Shown piece after piece: positions 24,601 to 37,903 of a DNA stretch of 64,000 nucleotides. How positions within the stretch are numbered: position 1 is the first letter of the stretch; the number at the start of each line of letters is the position of its first letter. The DNA lies in NCBI RefSeq assembly GCF_000143415.4, contig NW_003314282.1:1259374-1323373 (forward strand), read 5' to 3'. The notes beneath the pieces were generated by a model. That model was not told the origin of the DNA. It did not search any database and saw nothing but the letters and a program-made list of their open reading frames with translations. Made by a program: the position numbers and the translations under genes. This DNA is from Selaginella moellendorffii (Eukaryota; Plantae; Lycopodiophyta).

Positions 24601-27073
24601 TTTATCGCAATTTTATTTCTCATTCAGATAGGCTACAATCTAGCGGGAATGGACTCTTAGAAGTCTCAACTTTGCGCTTTAGATCCCCTTTACCCGGCAT
24701 GCTGAACGGGAGGAAAAGGAAACTTTAAGTACTCAACGTTTCAGCCGCGCCAAATGATGGTAGTATTTTAAAGATTTTTGGTTATCTTCGGATTCATCAC
24801 AACAAGTTTGGTCAGATCTCTCTCAGGATAAAGCATCGTGCAGTACATCTAGAAGCTTAGACAGTTTATCTCTTGACTTTAATAGCTTTTAAGATCTTAT
24901 TGTGACATCAACGATGCTGCAGCGATTCTAAGAATGCTTGTGCAGTCTTCAATAGGTGCGAAGAAGCTCGTAAGCTGCTTGCTCTTAGCCAGATAAGACA
25001 GTGTAAGACTTCGTTTCAGTCTGCCGTCATTTTGCATGGTATGTTTCTTATGGAGTTGTTTTACAGGGACAGGAGCAAGAGGGCTTGACGAGAGCTTCTT
25101 TTCTCCACAGCCGCATAAGCATTTTGCCGTGGAGGCTCTTCATAAGTTTTGAAATCCGTGTGGATCTGTAGCCATTGGTGCATGAATACGATCTACTTGA
25201 AAGCTCACAACTGACAAATCTGCACCGTCTCCTTCAGCTGTGAAAGGCTTCTCACAAGAAGTGAAAAATGGGCCTTCATAATGAAATGGATTAGAAAGTG
25301 CATTTTTCTCTAACATCTTATCAGCTCATGAGCTAAAGAGTTGACCTCATGAGTTAAGTTCAATTTTTAATTGTAATTTAGTATAAATATTATAAACTTT
25401 AAAATATTAAGGTTATAGCAAACCTAATAATTTCACAACTCTCTACACACTATTGTTCTAAAGGACACTTCTAATTTAAATATTTATTACATGCTATAAT
25501 AAGAACATAAACTAAATTTTTTGCAAAAAAAGTATCCTTGTCACTTCTTTAAATTTGTACTCTATGCTTTTTGGCTAGTAAATGTCAAGTTTATCAGAAT
25601 TTAAAAATTATTAAATTTGAAATAAGATTTTATATAAGGCTATATAACCATTTGAAAGGAAAAATAAAAGCTATTGATATAAACTTGTTGCATATAAAAG
25701 AGAGACTTGGTTTTTCTCTAAAATATATTCTTGAGGGGTTTATCATAGTGTCTAGAATTTATAGATCTTTATTCGCACTTTTATTCAAAAATAAGGAAAT
25801 ACACACAAACGTTTGTGAGTTCTAATGTTGGTAATTTTAACTTTTATAATCTTTATTTCCAAAGTAGTAATTCAAGATCTAGAAGCTACAATAATTGTTC
25901 TATTGCACAGCATAACCAAACTATATAAAAGAAAGTAAGAGAGGATAATGATCACAAGTTGGAAATAAATGTAATGATAGAAGGTGCAACAAATTGGGTG
26001 AAAAAGAATTCTTTTTTATTTATTTTAGAAAATTGCAATTCTATGACTTTTAACAAATGCTTTATAAATTTTCTAGCTTTTGGTGGAAACAATGGCGATG
26101 ATCAGTATGATGGTATATATACTTTTGCGACACACTATAACATCACGTACCTAAAAAACTACAATGAAATATTTTTTGAGGTGGTAAAGACAGACATGGA
26201 AACATTTGAATACTATGAGCAGTATTGTGAAAAGAGCACTTGCAAGTATATAAAATGAAATGTGAAATGAAAAAATGTTTTTTTATTAATTTTATAAAGT
26301 ATAATAAATTTATATTATTGATAGAGAATAAAAATTATTAATGGTCTTAAAAAATCTAGTTAATTCCAAAAGTCTTTTGCAATTTAGCAATAGTAAAGTT
26401 TGCTTGATGTATATGAATATCCATTTTAAAATTCTAATGCAAGATATTGTTTAAGATATAGTATATATATTTGTAAAGAGTATATGCCTTCTCATGCTTT
26501 TTGTGTTTCATAAAGTCTAGATATATGTAAAAAGGAAGGTCTTGAATGACAATTATATATTCTCCATCTTTTGTTTTAATTATGTACTCCTTTACAAGCA
26601 TAGTGATATACTTTGTGGAGAGAATCACACACTCAAGCATTTGAGCCAAATTTATTTACCCTACTTTTGCTTACAGATGGTATCAATAAATTTAATTGGG
26701 ATCAAATCATAATAACTGTGTGTCTTTAATTCTTTTTTGATTTTCTTGTACATCCACATATGCACACTTTCCAAACCCACTCTTAAGCATTTAAGACAAT
26801 GCTCAAGAAAATTTACCAAACCCATGCAACCATCTGTCTTGTTCAAATAAAAGTAGCATATAAGATACTAAAGATAATACATATTTACATCAGGCACTCC
26901 TACCATATCTAGAGCAAAATCTTGAAGAAAATATTAATATCACTCTTGGAGCATTGAAGGCAATCCAACTCTTTTAAAAACATTATAAAAAGGAAATTCA
27001 TGTTCAATTGCACTTGAGGTCACAAATGAAAAAGTTTCACAACACCTCTCAAAATGAAAAAGATGATTGTTGT
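21650..27073. repeat. Local segmental duplication, copy 2
   Basis: Collinear with 9792-15355. Confidence 0.92.
23952..24368 (-). CDS. COPT: COPT/Ctr-family copper transporter, paralogue, 138 aa
   Basis: Same motifs; nearly identical to 12301-12699; C-terminus ends PGPASC. Confidence 0.9.
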   Translation of the reverse strand: MDMSFFWRIKFTLLFPSWVPDSPVHYAFMLMLTAGLGALHEWIAHKHWMILTAYSTPGPIMVKDPQRDYPKQHEDAILIAVLMHAAYVTTSYLLMMMAMSFNAGIFIAITVGLCIGFYAIWPLESSNRARIVPGPASC

Positions 27074-27422
27074 GTAGAGGTGAAGATGGATTTTTTGTTG
27101 AGCTTGGAAATGGTGGAGATTTATATAGGAAGCTTTTGGGACCAAAAGTAAACTTCTTTCGAACCATTAAAACAGATAAGAAGAAATAAACTCTCCAACA
27201 ATAAAAATTCTTTGATTAATATATTACATTTCAATATCGGGAATGACGTTTTATTATGATATGGCAATATATTGAATCATAATTGTCAATCTCGGTAATT
27301 ACAACTTACTATTAGACACAACTAGCTATAAAGTTTCAAAAGCTAAAAACTAGTACATAATTAATACGTAGCCTTATTTTATATAGCTGGCTTGCCATAT
27401 ATAATAATGGCAAACACACACA

Positions 27423-27750
27423 TGTTAGGCACTAGGTTAGGATAATAGGATAAAGAAAAGGGCCTTACAATCAAATGATCACCCCTTGGCTTAGGGTGTA
27501 AGGGATAAGATCCTAACATTGGTATCGGAAACCAGTTCGATTCTCGTGGCTAACGAGTGGGGTAAGAATATTCAACATGGTGGATCTAGAGGGAGAACCA
27601 AGGTTTGGTAGACCCTAAGAGAAGGACCATGGTGACTGGAGGGTGGCCTAAGTATGATCGCGGACGATTATTCCCTGACGAGGGGAGGATTGTTAAGCAC
27701 CAGGTTAGGATAATAGAATAAAGAAGGGCTCTGCAATCAAGTGATCAAGT
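27423..27750 (+). mobile_element. TRIM unit 1 (LTR, PBS, ~170-bp internal, PPT, truncated LTR)
   Basis: LTR 27423-27518; PBS TGGTATC (tRNA-iMet type); PPT GAGGGGAGGAT; second LTR starts at 27691. Confidence 0.88.
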
Positions 27751-29538
27751 TGACGCTCGGGGACTATATTGAGAAGCATACTTGCTTGATTAATTGTGTT
27801 TCAACAAAGGATCCAGATCAAAACAAGTCCTACAAAGAGTTTGGAGGAGCTCTTTGATGCGGTTCATTGACTTAAAAATGACAAGCACAAGTCTCGCAAT
27901 CAAGTGATCACCCCTTTAGCTAGTTAACGCTCGAGGACTATATTGAGAAACGTACTCATTTGATTAGTCGTGTTCCAACAAAGGATCTAGATCAGAACAA
28001 GTCCAACAAAGAGTTTGGAGGAGCTCTTTGATGCGGCTCATCGACTTGATAATGACAAGCACAAGTCTTGCAAGTGTTCACAAAGTCCTTCTATTGAGAA
28101 TTGTTGTGATGATCATCGTGGACACAAGGATGGGAACAAGCATCACAAGTTGAAGTCGGTGGTGACTACTTTGGATGCAAAGGGGTCCAAGAAGCAAAAG
28201 TTCTTTAAGAAGAATTATAGATATTGTCATCATTGTGGCAAACTTGGACACAAGAAGGCTGATTTTCCACAGTTGAAGAACAAGCAATAGGACAAAAAGA
28301 ATGGCTAATCTTTTACTCACGGTAAGTCAGATATTAAAAAGTTGCAAACTTTGCAACGTGAGGATGACGAGAATGACCATTCCGGTTGGAGGAAGCGACT
28401 TTCAATCATTGCTCGTTAGCTCAACTATATATGGAACAAGATGGCGCTTAAGGATACTCGTGAATTAGCTTTAATGCTAGAGGGTGTGTTCCGTAGCAAT
28501 CCAGTGCAGATTTTATTGGATAGTGGGAGTGATGGCAACTTTGTTTCGGCAATGTTTGTTGCGGAGCATGGCCTGGTCACACGAGGAGTTCTTCCATACA
28601 CGGTGGAAGGTGCAGCTACCTCTGCTCAGCATTTCGATGCTTGTGTCGAGGGGCTGAAAGTGTTGGTTGGCAACACCACACTTGTGGAGACTTTTTATCT
28701 CACAAATATCCATCATGTGGATCTTATTCTTGGGATGCCATGGTTGGTGAAGGTGGATCCAGAGATAAAGTGGAGTATTAAGCATGTCTTGTTGGAGTAT
28801 GGTGGCGTTAAAGATGTGTGGTTTGGCGAGGGCATTCAACCACCAGTTGTTATACTCTTTACTACATCTTTAAAGTGGGCTTGTCGTAATAGAAAAGCAG
28901 TTTCGAGTTACTTGCTTTTTGTTTGTGACTTGGGGGACTAAGGCACGTGTGGGGGAGAAGCAGTAGTACGGGATGTACTTGATGAGTTTTCTGATGTTTT
29001 TCCATCTGAACTTCCTCATGGGTTGCCTCCATTACAAGGTGTGGAGCATGGGATTACATTGGAGTTGGGGATGCAGCCAATTTATCGGCATCCATTTCAG
29101 TTAAGTTATGTGGAGGAGCATAAGGTGCATTTGTGCAAGGTTCCTTTATTACTCCGAAACAGCAAACTTTATGCGAAGAAGAGCAAATGTGAGTTTGCAA
29201 AGTCGGAGGTGGAATATCTAGGCCATATTGTGACATCTAAGGGTGTCAAGACGAATCCAAAGAAGGTGGCTGTGGTGGAAAATTAGCCTACACTGACTAC
29301 AATGGCTGAGTTGCGCAGTTTTCTTGGTATAGCTAGTTACAACCGATGTTTCCAGCATAAGTTTGCAAAGGTGGCTATTCCTTTGATACGGTTATTACGC
29401 AAGAATGTGCCATTCGAGTGGAAGAAGCCACAAGAGGAGAGTTTTGTGGCGCTGAAATGATTGTTGAGCAAGACTCTAGTGCTTCGCATTGCTAATCCAT
29501 CAAAACCTTACGAGGTGATATGCGATGCGAGTGGTTAT
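27750..29538 (+). pseudogene. Degenerate Gypsy gag end, protease and internally deleted RT
   Basis: CHHCGKLGHKKAD knuckle; LLDSGSDGNF protease; DLILGMPWL; KSKCEF..VEYLGHIV; RNase H start VICDASGY, interrupted by the nested element. Confidence 0.85.
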
Positions 29539-32500
29539 TGTCGCGCATGTGACTTTGGGTATCGAAAGTTACCTGTTGACCAGTCCTTACGGACACTCTT
29601 ACCTTACTGCCACGATGGCAGGAGGTCGGTATTGCTGGACCCTTTATTAGTCCCTCTTGATCAAGTGTTAGTAAACTGGACTTTGCATCTGTACTTGGTC
29701 GGATGAGCATAAGGAAGGAATTCCTAAGTGTCTATTTAGCTGAGCATACTCGGCCCGGCTTGTTAGTTCTCTTTTGCTCTGTCTTGCACTGGCTTGACAA
29801 AAACCCTCGCGTATTGAGATTGGTCCCTCAATATCGCTACATGATAGCTTACCGTGTCTGCCAAACACCCTCGCTATCATGCCCTTTGTGTTAGTCTCAT
29901 TTCGGTCCCAAATGCTATTTATGGAAAGTGTCCAGATTTGCTCATTTGGCATATCTACGGAATGTAGAGATCGTCCTGAATATAATGGTGTTCGTCCCGT
30001 GTCCAAATTTGCAATCTAGGGACATTCCATATTTAGTAAGTTTCGAGCTTGTCCCAGAGACTAACTCCTGATACTAAGGGAGGCTTAGGGTGAAAGCCCA
30101 AAGCGTGTGTTCCTCAAGGGGGGGGGGGCTATGGGGGGTTCCAAATGTATAGTAGGGATAGTGGGTAGGTCGGGCATGGCCGACCAACCTGAGGCATAGT
30201 TTAGCTCCCGCTTGCGTGCCTGTCCTTGTTCTGCATCCGGCTTGGGTCTAAGCCCAAGCTCCACACCATACTAGCTGGTGGAGTACCCATGTCCTTGCAT
30301 TAGGCCACCGGTATGCCGAAATTGCACCAGACTCCGTTTGGCTCCATTTTGCGTGCTGGTCCTGGCATTGGGATGCTGGCTACTCTAGGACTGTTCCAAG
30401 TCGCTCCGGGCCCCTGTTCCTTCGCTCCTTGGGCTTTATGCTCGGGAGTTGCTCTGTGGTTCGGTTCCATCACTCCTTGGCTCTATGTTTGGGAGTTTGG
30501 CACCATTCCTTCGTTTAGTGGCCCAAGGCCCTGAACCTCGGGTTCCTATGGACACGTGGTATGGACACGTGGCATCTGTCACGTGGCACAAAGAGGGTTT
30601 AGGTTCCGCTTCATGGTGTTATCCTATGGTAAATCACCATAGGATAAAGGGTCAAAACCACATGCGCTACATTTGGTATCAGAGAATGAGTCTCAGCGAG
30701 TACTATACAATGAGATTGGGCAACTAGTCTCGTTGCAGATCCGAGTGGGTACACGTTTGGTGCAAAGGGTTTACATTCGTTCCTTGGGTATGGCTTTGGT
30801 TACCTTTTGTACCTAATAATGTGAGCTTGCTCTTGGGCTCATATGATGGAATTGAGTTGTTCCGTTAGCACGAGTTTGAGTTTGGACTCGTGTGTGAGGC
30901 ACATTAGCAACTCGAGGTTACACTTTGAGTTGGCAGGATTAATGTTAGCCTATCGGTGGTTCCATGAGTTGTTCCTTGTACCGTGGGTAAAAGCAAACTT
31001 TTCCTGGGTTTGCTATGAGTGGTAAATAGGCTGGTCCGTAGCTAATTAGCACGGCACTAGTGGATCCTTCTTAGGCATGATTACAAATGGATCAATCAAG
31101 ACTGTAGGGATAAGTCTATTGATTTCAAGTAATTGTTGCTGTGCTCTCTCATAAACTTTTCTTGGATTGGACTGAAGGTTGTGCGAAAGCGAGCTTGAGG
31201 TTTAGTCAAAGATGAGACCAAAAAGAGAGTCATCGGGGACGAAGGATCAAATACGTAAATCATTTTCTCTTCTTGGAGAGATGATTTGCAACGAGGTGTT
31301 GACTCATTGCTCATGTTCATATTATGCAATCAAGATTCCCTACCTTGATGCATCTTGGAGATGATGGTCTTACAAATGGTGAGTTATGGGATGGATAGTG
31401 GTGAAACACTATACCATTTTGTCTAGGCTTGCTATTGGAAGACTTGGGTTGCAATGTTCAATTCTTTTCCGGAGAACCTTGCTATTGCTCTTTGAATAGC
31501 TTGGTGTTGGATTAGTTTTGGGTTTGGTCAAAAAGAGAGTAGCATGAGCTTGTCCGTGTTGTGAACAAAAGTTAGTGGTGTTAAATGTTGTAAATCTTTA
31601 TTGATGGAGTGTGATATTTATGTTACATTTTGTCAAATCGAGTTGACACTTGATGCTCACATAAACCTTTGAAGTAATGACATTGGCATTGCTCGTGGTG
31701 TTGCTTGATTGATGATCAAGACATTGTGATTTCCATATCATATTCATGTGATAATGAGCAATGTGTTTACGAAGTTGCTTGGTTAAACGATGATCAACCC
31801 CAAAGTGGTTGATGGAGAAGCTAGTCTACTTGCACGAAGTAGCATTGTAGTAGCTTTGACTAGATTCTCAATAGTGGTCCATTATGCTAAGCTTAAGTTG
31901 GTACCTTGTTTTCTTGAGGGTTTACCCATAAGGTGTTGGAAAGGGTTGTAACATTCATTTGCTATAGCTTAGTAGTTAATCCATTAACACTTGGAGTAGA
32001 TTGTTGGATGGAGAAAGTGTGTAGTTGAAGCATTGACATTGCTAACACTTGTGTTAGTGGAAGTGGCATTGTTGTTTCAAGTGACGAGGATTTTCCTTAG
32101 AGCTTGATTTTCCATGTCATTTTTCTTGTTAGTGTTTTGGCTTCACATTGTATCTTGAAGGTGATTGAAAAAGAGTGTAGTGCAATGTTGATATCCGAAG
32201 ATGTGGTCTTCGTGGTCAAGCTTTAGATGTTCACTTTGCATTTTTGCGGATATTGGTGTTGGATATCGGAAGAATGGGCAAAAAGATGTTCGAGGCTTAA
32301 GCATACTATGGGTCATGAGAATTGGTGTCAAGGTGAACTTATGTGAAGTTGTTAGTAGGAGGAAGTTGGTTGAGTCTTGAAAGTTTGTATTCCTAGACTG
32401 AGAGTCATTCTTTCTCTAGGATGGAAAATTTTCCACAAATTTTTTTAGGCTTTTCCAATGGCTGATCTGTTGATCACTTTGTCCGAAAACCTTTCCGTTT

Positions 32501-35500
32501 CGTAAGCTAGTACAAACTAGTGAAGGGGTTGGAGTTGACTTAGGTTAGCTTAGACCTTGTAGGTAGTTTGTATGATGCGACCCGAAAGGGATGCTAGCTT
32601 TTGGGGCTAAGGCAATTGAGTTGGATAGAGTCTGGAGTTGGTATAGAAAAGTGGCTATTGCGCTTTTCTAAGAAGGGTGACCCTTGTGCCTTTCTTTTGT
32701 AGCATTATGCTTGGTGGCAGGTTGCACCCTACATTTCGTTAGACTCTATGAGAGTAGTGAGCTCTCACTGATCTTGACTTGGTCTTGGTAGCCTTGCGCC
32801 TCGGCTGAGGATAGTGATGTCCAACTTAGTTATTTGCGGTGAGATGTTGGTACCCATATTATAGCTTTGTCTAAGTGGAGGTTGTGTACCGACATAAGTC
32901 CATCTCATGGTCTTCACTTGAGTTTCGACTTAGTGTTGATCATGTATAGCTAGCCTTTTCAATGTATGCTCAGAGCTATTGACTAGATGTGTTGGTGAGC
33001 TTATTGCGGTTGAGTTGGATTCGAGTGGTCATTTAGTTTGTGCTTGTCTATGAACCTTTATCTCGTTCATGAGGTATTACGTTCATGTTGGACAAGTATA
33101 TGACTCGATGGCATGAGTTTAGTGTTTGGGTCTTGTGAAGGCAAGTTGAAAGAGTGATTGTTAGTTGCTTTGTGACTAGTGATTGCTTGTAGATTTTGTT
33201 GAAGACTGTTACACTTGCTTCACTTGATGATGATTCAGTAGTGATGGGCTTGTTTTATCGGATGGTGTTGCGGAGGATCGTGTCATTAGACTTATATGGT
33301 TTTCCATATTGGTATGTTGACTCTACCTCTGTTTATATCATTTGGTTGCATTTAGTTCATAGTATTGGATTTCATGGAGTCTTGGATGTGGTGATTCACT
33401 CCTTGAGGAAATGTTATCTGTAACTGAGTATTGTTGAAGGATTAGTCTCGGATACTAAATAAAGTATCTTCGACTTTGATTAGCTTGGTTGCTAAAGAGT
33501 TTTGAGTGGTGATTCACTCGTGCTTTCTTTTAGCTTTGTTATGATGTTGATGACATTGAAGTGGTGCCTTGTCGTTGACAATATTGATATTGAGATTCAA
33601 GTGAAATGAGATGTCTCTCTCTCGATTGATATTGAGTTTCATTAGTCTTGATAGAGATAGTGTTGATGATTTGGTTATAGCTTTGTGTTATTAGCATTCG
33701 CGCATTTGCTAGTTAGCAACTAGGTTGACGTTCAAATGAACTGAGTGGCAAGTTTGAGTTAGTTGTGTTCTAGACGAGATTATTTAGTAGGGGTTGAGCT
33801 TTGGCTTTTCCTTGAAAAGTGATTCAGTCGTGAACTATGCTAACTCTACAAGTGGAAGAGTTAGTGATCAATATTGAAGTGATCAAATCCTTATTGGATT
33901 TGAGTTGAGATATATTAATCATTAATGATTCTTCTTGTGCTTGTTATGAAGTGAATTACGTTTTGCTATAGATGGATTCATGGAGGATCATTTGGTGATC
34001 ACTTATTGAGCGTAGCTTCGTTATGCTTAGCTTTTGGATTGATGCAAACATACTCTTCATTAGCTTTGGCATTATGAAGTTTAGCTTATGGATGTGTTGA
34101 GGAGGATATTGTGGGTTGTACCATGATTTCTTCTTTAGCATTGAAGTTGGTTCATACGAAACTTGTGATCATTGTTAGACCAAACTTCGCTATAGGCTTC
34201 TTCAAGCTTTTGGTTCCTTGAGTTTTCATGCTCATTGTTCCATTTGTTAGAAGTTGTTGGGGAAGGCATTTTGACTCATTAGCTTCAATATTGAAGTTAG
34301 TATTTGCATATGGCAATCATTGGTGATGATTGACTATCATCTAGGATAGTTGATTATCTTTATCAAAAAGTTTTGTTTGATTATTGTTGATATAGAATGA
34401 TTCACTGTTCTTCAAGATAGTAGATTCTTTCTTCAATGATGATTCAGCATCTCTTTATTGATGGGATGATTGATGTTCTTTCATGATGGTTCGTTGTTCT
34501 CTTTGATGGCTTTTGGCTTTTTGCAATACCACATGTTCTTTGTGGTTTGTTCTGGATTGGTCTCTTGGGTTTGAGACGTCGGTAGGATGTTACTGACACT
34601 TGCTTGAGCAACTTTAGTTCCTTGGTATTATTGACCGGGATCTATAAAGATTAGCTAGTGCAATAGTTGGTATGAACGAGTGTTTGTTGGCCATGCAACA
34701 TTCATTCTATTCTGTTGATTGTTGCTCGAGTTAGTTCTGATAGATTGGGATGTTATTTCCTTCGGGTGATACATTCGCGAGCATTTTGCTTGCCAGTCGA
34801 TGATACTTTGTGTTCTTTTAGTTATCTTTTGTAAGTTGTTTAGCCCTCTATCTGCAATCTTCAATGGTTAAGTTTCATCATTGAGTTTCATTGATGATAT
34901 ACTTGCTATTGAATTTTGTTGGATGGTGATTCCTATGTTTCCCAAAAAGATGGTCTTGGTGGTTCCTATCCTATAATACTAGTTTATCGGATGATAACTT
35001 ATTTGGAATACTTTTGTGTTTTAATCTAAGATATATTCACTGATAATTAAGACTCTAAGATATCATTGTTTCTGACTTTGATATTGTCCATCTATTGATC
35101 TTTAAGTTTGGGCCAGTATAGGCAGACTGGTTTCGGCACTTCGTGTGCATGGTGAAATCTCTAGTCATGGGGTAGCTACTGTAGACTGGTCACATAACCC
35201 GCTTCTCTGTCGATGTTCCTTATTCCGTTAAAAGGGCGTGACCGTGTAAACAACTCTAACTGGAAGGTATTGCTGGACTTTGGGTATCGAAAGTTACCTG
35301 TCGACCAGTCCTTACGGACACTCTTACCTTACTGCCACGATGGCAGGAGGTCGGTATTGCTGGACCCTTTATTAGTCCCTCTTGATCAAGTGTTAGTAAA
35401 CTGGACTTTGCATCTGTACTTGGCCGGATGAGCATAAGGAAGGAATTCCTAAGTGTCTATTTAGCTGAGCATACTCGGCCCGGCTTGTTAGTTCTCTTTT

Positions 35501-36459
35501 GCTCTGTCTTGCACTAGCTTGACAAGAACCCTCGCGTATTGAGATTGGTCCCTCAATATCGCTACATGATAGCTTACCGTGTCTGCCAAACACCCTCGCT
35601 ATCATGCCCTTTATGTTAGTCTCATTTCGGTCCCAAATGCTATTTATGGAAAGTGTCCAGATTTGCTCATTTGGCATATCTACGGAATGTAGAGATCGTC
35701 CTGAATATAATGGNNNNNNNNNNNNNNNNNNNNNNNNNNNNNNNNNNNNNNNNNNNNNNNNNNNNNNNNNNNNNNNNNNNNNNNNNNNNNNNNNNNNNNN
35801 NNNNNNNNNNNNNCCATATTTAGTAAGTTTCGAGCTTGTCCCAGAGACTAACTCCTGATACTAAGGGAGGCTTAGGGTGAAAGCCCAAAGCGTGTGTTCC
35901 TCAAGGGGGGGGGGCTATGGGGGGGTTCCAAATGTATAGTAGGGATAGTGGGTAGGTCGGGCATGGCCGACCAACCTGAGGCATAGTCTAGCTCCCGCTT
36001 GCGTGCCTGTCTTTGTTCTGCGTCCGGCTTGGGTCTAATCCCAAGCTCCACACCATGCTAGCTGGTGGAGTACCCACGTCCTTGCATTAGGCCACCGGTA
36101 TGCCGAAATTGCGCCAGACTCCGTTTGGCTCCGTTTTGCGTGCTGGTCCTGGCATTGGGATGCTGGCTACTCTAGGACTGTTCCAAGTTGCTTCGGGCCC
36201 CTGTTCCTTTGCTCCTTGGGCTTTATGCTCAGGAGTTGCTCCGTGGTTCGGTTCCATCACTCCTTGGCTCCATGCTTGGGAGTTTGGCACCATTCCTTCG
36301 TTCAGTGGCCCAAGGCCCTGAACCTCGGGTTCCTATGGACACGTGGCATGTGACACGTGGCATCTGTCACGTGGCACAAAGAGGGTTTAGGTTCCGCTTC
36401 GTGGTGTTATCCTATAGTAAATCACCATAGGATAAAGGGTCAAAACCACGTGCGCTACA
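29539..36459 (+). mobile_element. Nested non-autonomous LTR element (LARD-like) with ~1.1-kb LTRs and a ~4.6-kb non-coding interior
   Basis: 5' LTR 29539-30671; PBS TGGTATCAGAG; 3' LTR ~35245/35276-36459; TSD GTTAT at 29534-29538 and 36460-36464; splits host RNase H DASGY|APGGVLMQ. Confidence 0.9.
35714..35813. other. Assembly gap (100 N) inside the 3' LTR
   Basis: Run of N. Confidence 1.
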
Positions 36460-36464
36460 GTTAT

Positions 36465-37381
36465 GCCCCAGGAGGAGTTCTCATGCAAGAGGGACAGCCT
36501 ATTATATATGAGAGTCAAACTTTGAATTCCACAGAGCAATGCTATTTCACATATGAGCAAGAGTTACTCTCTATTGTTCATGCTTTGCGGACATGGTGGC
36601 ACTATCTTTATGGTGCAATGTTCGTGGTGTTGACAGATCACAAACCACTTGTGTATCTTTTCACATAGAAGGAGTTGAACACTAGGCAAGCTCATTGGAT
36701 GATTAAACTCATAGAGTTTGGGGAGTTTTCTATTGAGCATCATTCGGGAAAATCAAATGTGGTGGCAGATGTTTTATCTTGTGTTTGTCATGTGACAATG
36801 TTACAAACACGATTTTGTCATCATTTGGGTAATGTGGTCAATGAGTTTAGGTAGTTGGTTGAGCATGCTCAGGCTTAGGATGCTGAGGTGGCCTCTTTGA
36901 GTGACTAGATGGAAGCCCCTTTCTCATTGGTGGATAGGATTCTTTATTACAATGACTGATCTTAGATCAGGATAGAGCAGAGAAGTTTGCCAATGAGCAT
37001 CGCCAATTTTGGGAATATAAGGTGGGTGATCTCGTCTTTGTGCGAGTGATCTTTCTGTCAAATGAGTGGCAGAACACCTTAGTGCCTTTACAGACAGGGA
37101 AGAGTGATAAATTTTCCCATTGATATGCTGGTCCATATGAAGTGCTGGAGCGCATTGGTAAAGTGGCTTATAGGGTGCGGCTGCCAGCTGGGGTGAAAAT
37201 TCATCCGGTATTTTATATCAGCTAGTTGAAAAGTGTATTATCTCGGAGTGATGGGCCCAATGCCTCCTTAATGTATACGGCTGTGGAAGATGGACCAGGA
37301 GCTTGAGCAAGGTCCCCTAGAAAGGGATGATCACTCGTATAACTTGTCCTTGGGACAAGGACTTTGTTGGGGGGGAAGAAT
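36465..37381 (+). pseudogene. Remainder of Gypsy pol (RNase H, largely deleted integrase) and PPT
   Basis: YEQELLSIVHALRTWWHYLYG..TDHKPL; [28 protein letters not shown]; PPT GGGGGGGAAGAA. Confidence 0.85.
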
Positions 37382-37615
37382 TGTTAGGCGCCAGCTTTGA
37401 TTACATAGTCAACATTAGTCAAAGGGAGGCTCAAGGGTATATTAAGGTATGTTAAGGTAAAGGACAAAACCCAACCCTAGGGCTCACAGTGGAGCGGCGG
37501 CGCAGTGGAGCTTTTGAGGTAGCTCGGGGGTGGTTGGGTGGTGAGGAACTTCAAGAGGTGGCATAGCATAGTCTAGGGTGACTAAATTTCTATCTTTTTG
37601 CACCGGATTATAACA
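37382..37615 (+). repeat. LTR of the Gypsy partner (234 bp), followed by a PBS
   Basis: TGTTAGG...TAACA after the PPT; homologous to 38456-38654. Confidence 0.8.
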
Positions 37616-37903
37616 TGGGTATCAGAGACCAATTCGATTCTCATGGCTGATGAGTGGGGCAAGAATATTCTAAAGGAATATTCAACATGGTGGATCTAGA
37701 GGGAGAACCAAAGTTTGGTAGACCCTAAAAGAAGGACCATGGTGACTAGAGCGTGGCCTAAGTATGATCATGGATGATCATTCTCTGATGAAGGGAGGAT
37801 TGTTAGGCACCAGGTTAGGATAATAGAATAAAGAAGAGGGCTTTGCACAAGTGATCACCCCTTTAGCCAATTGGCTTAGGGTATAAGGGATAAAATCCTA
37901 ACA
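37616..37903 (+). mobile_element. TRIM unit 2 (PBS, internal, PPT, LTR)
   Basis: Internal region homologous to 27519-27690; LTR 37801-37903. Confidence 0.88.

Larger units (their letters stand above)
27423..37903 (+). mobile_element. Chimeric TRIM/Gypsy composite bounded by TRIM LTRs
   Basis: Outer ~100-bp LTRs 27423-27518 and 37801-37903 (TGTTAGG...CCTAACA); 5-bp TSD ACACA at 27418-27422 and 37904-37908. Confidence 0.85.
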
